A DNA stretch of 64,000 nt from Takakia lepidozioides (lineage: Eukaryota; Plantae; Bryophyta): contig CM060734.1 in assembly GCA_030704615.1 (NCBI GenBank), positions 37,882,001 to 37,946,000 on the forward strand, written 5' to 3'. Positions 62,720-64,000 of this stretch are shown here, piece after piece. The notes under the pieces were generated by a model. It searched no databases and was not told the DNA's origin. It worked only from the letters and a program-made list of their open reading frames with translations. The first letter of the stretch is position 1; each line of letters starts with the position of its first letter. The position numbers and the translations under genes are program-made.

Positions 62720-64000
62720 TAAATGGTATTCATATCTGTGCTGGGCAAGAGACATTGGAAACTTCGGACAAACTGGTTGGAGGTGTCAACGGCTACCGTT
62801 GGTTTGGCAAGATGTGTGCGCTTAAGGTGACCTCTGCCAAGAGTGGGCAAAAAGGTGTTGGCTTCTTTGTCCGAGATTTCTTGTGTGACAATTGTGAAAT
62901 TATCAACAAGGATTTGCGGTATGAGCACAGTATCTGGCTGAAACTGAAATTGAAGGGCAGCGTGAGTAGGAAGGACCTCTTTGTGGGCTGTGTTTACATG
63001 CCCACAGAGGGGACCCTTAGTGCTGACGCAGATAAAGCCTTCGAAGATGTAAAGCTGGACTGTGCTAAGTTCCTTGCCAAGGGTCAGGTGCTCTTATTGG
63101 GTGACTTCAATGCCCGGGTGGGTAAAGGTCTTCACCAGGATGATATCATCGGACCTTTTGGTGAGGACGAGCTGAACTCTAATGGAAGACGGTTAATTAA
63201 CTGTCTGGAAGAGCTTCAGCTTTTGACCCTGAACAATAGGTCAAAAGGTGACCAGATGCAGTGGACCCGTGAGAAAGCCCAAACTGGGGAACAATCCATT
63301 GTGGATTATATCATAGTGGACAAGAATCTGTTTCCCCAGTGTGCCAATGTGTTAATTGACAGAACTGATATTGGTACCTCTGACCACTTTCTGGTTTGGA
63401 CTGAGATCAAAAGGTGTTTCCCCAACACCAAGAGATCTGTGAAACGTTCGATCCAGAAGTGGCGCATTGAAAAATTCCGAAATGAAGAGGTCAAGGCTGA
63501 GTATGTCCAGGCCTTGCAAGAGGCTCTGCCCAACTTTGTCCATTCGCTTCAAGACCTTCAATGTCGCGCTGGCAATGCAAGAAATGAAGTTGAAAGAGCG
63601 GTGGGCTCTTGGGAGAGTTTTCGTCTCTTCTGTGGCTGGAAAGATCATTGGGAGGAAACTAATTGTCTGCAGTAGAGCTGTTAATTGGTGGACCAATGAG
63701 ATCAAACTCAAGATTGCCAAGAGACGAGCCCTCTATAAAGAGTGCTGCAGAATGAAAGTCAATAATGACCTTTGGGTTAGGTACTACCAGCTCCGCAAAG
63801 ATATCAATCAGCTTGTAAGGTCTCAGAAGAAACTATATTGGGATAAGTTATACGGGGAAATAAACTCAAACCACCACGGTGGTAATCTGGTTGGCCCTTC
63901 AACATCTGTACAAGCCGAAAAATTGTCAGCAAGTACAAGCGCTGAGGACACCTAAGGGTGCAGTGGTGACTTCAACGGCTGACATTGTCAACACCTTTGA
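62720..64000 (+). mobile_element. Next tandem LINE copy, 5'-truncated, diverged, runs off the window
   Basis: Paralogous to about 59190-60480 (APE domain), with a frameshift near 63620. Confidence 0.9.

Overview
Eukaryotic nuclear DNA from a land plant; the gene and TE repertoire suggests a bryophyte or other non-seed plant (inference). Host genes: an NSP1-like GRAS gene split by a Copia insertion, an intact 4-exon enoyl-CoA reductase (ECR/CER10), a 3-exon gene of unknown function, and the 3' six exons of a DUF3755/DRIF-type MYB gene. The rest is layered mobile DNA. The most striking object is a Gypsy-type retroelement (5729-12558, minus strand) nested in the Copia. Its polyprotein reads protease - DNMT3-like C5 cytosine methyltransferase - RT (mostly deleted) - integrase - PHD finger. 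Its ends are not ordinary LTRs: they form a split, circularly permuted arrangement, as expected if a 2-LTR circle was integrated through an internal GACA-GC-TGTC palindrome, leaving a 4-bp TSD. Also present: a second relic of the same methyltransferase family, an intron-containing beta-class N6A/N4C methyltransferase-like pseudogene, a TRIM with tRNA-derived LTRs, a roughly 12-kb inversion revealed by a Gypsy TSD shared between oppositely oriented LTRs, a MULE in the ECR promoter, a piggyBac relic, a tRNA-SINE, and head-to-tail arrays of a (TC)n-tailed LINE. All calls come from manual reading; no database searches were run.
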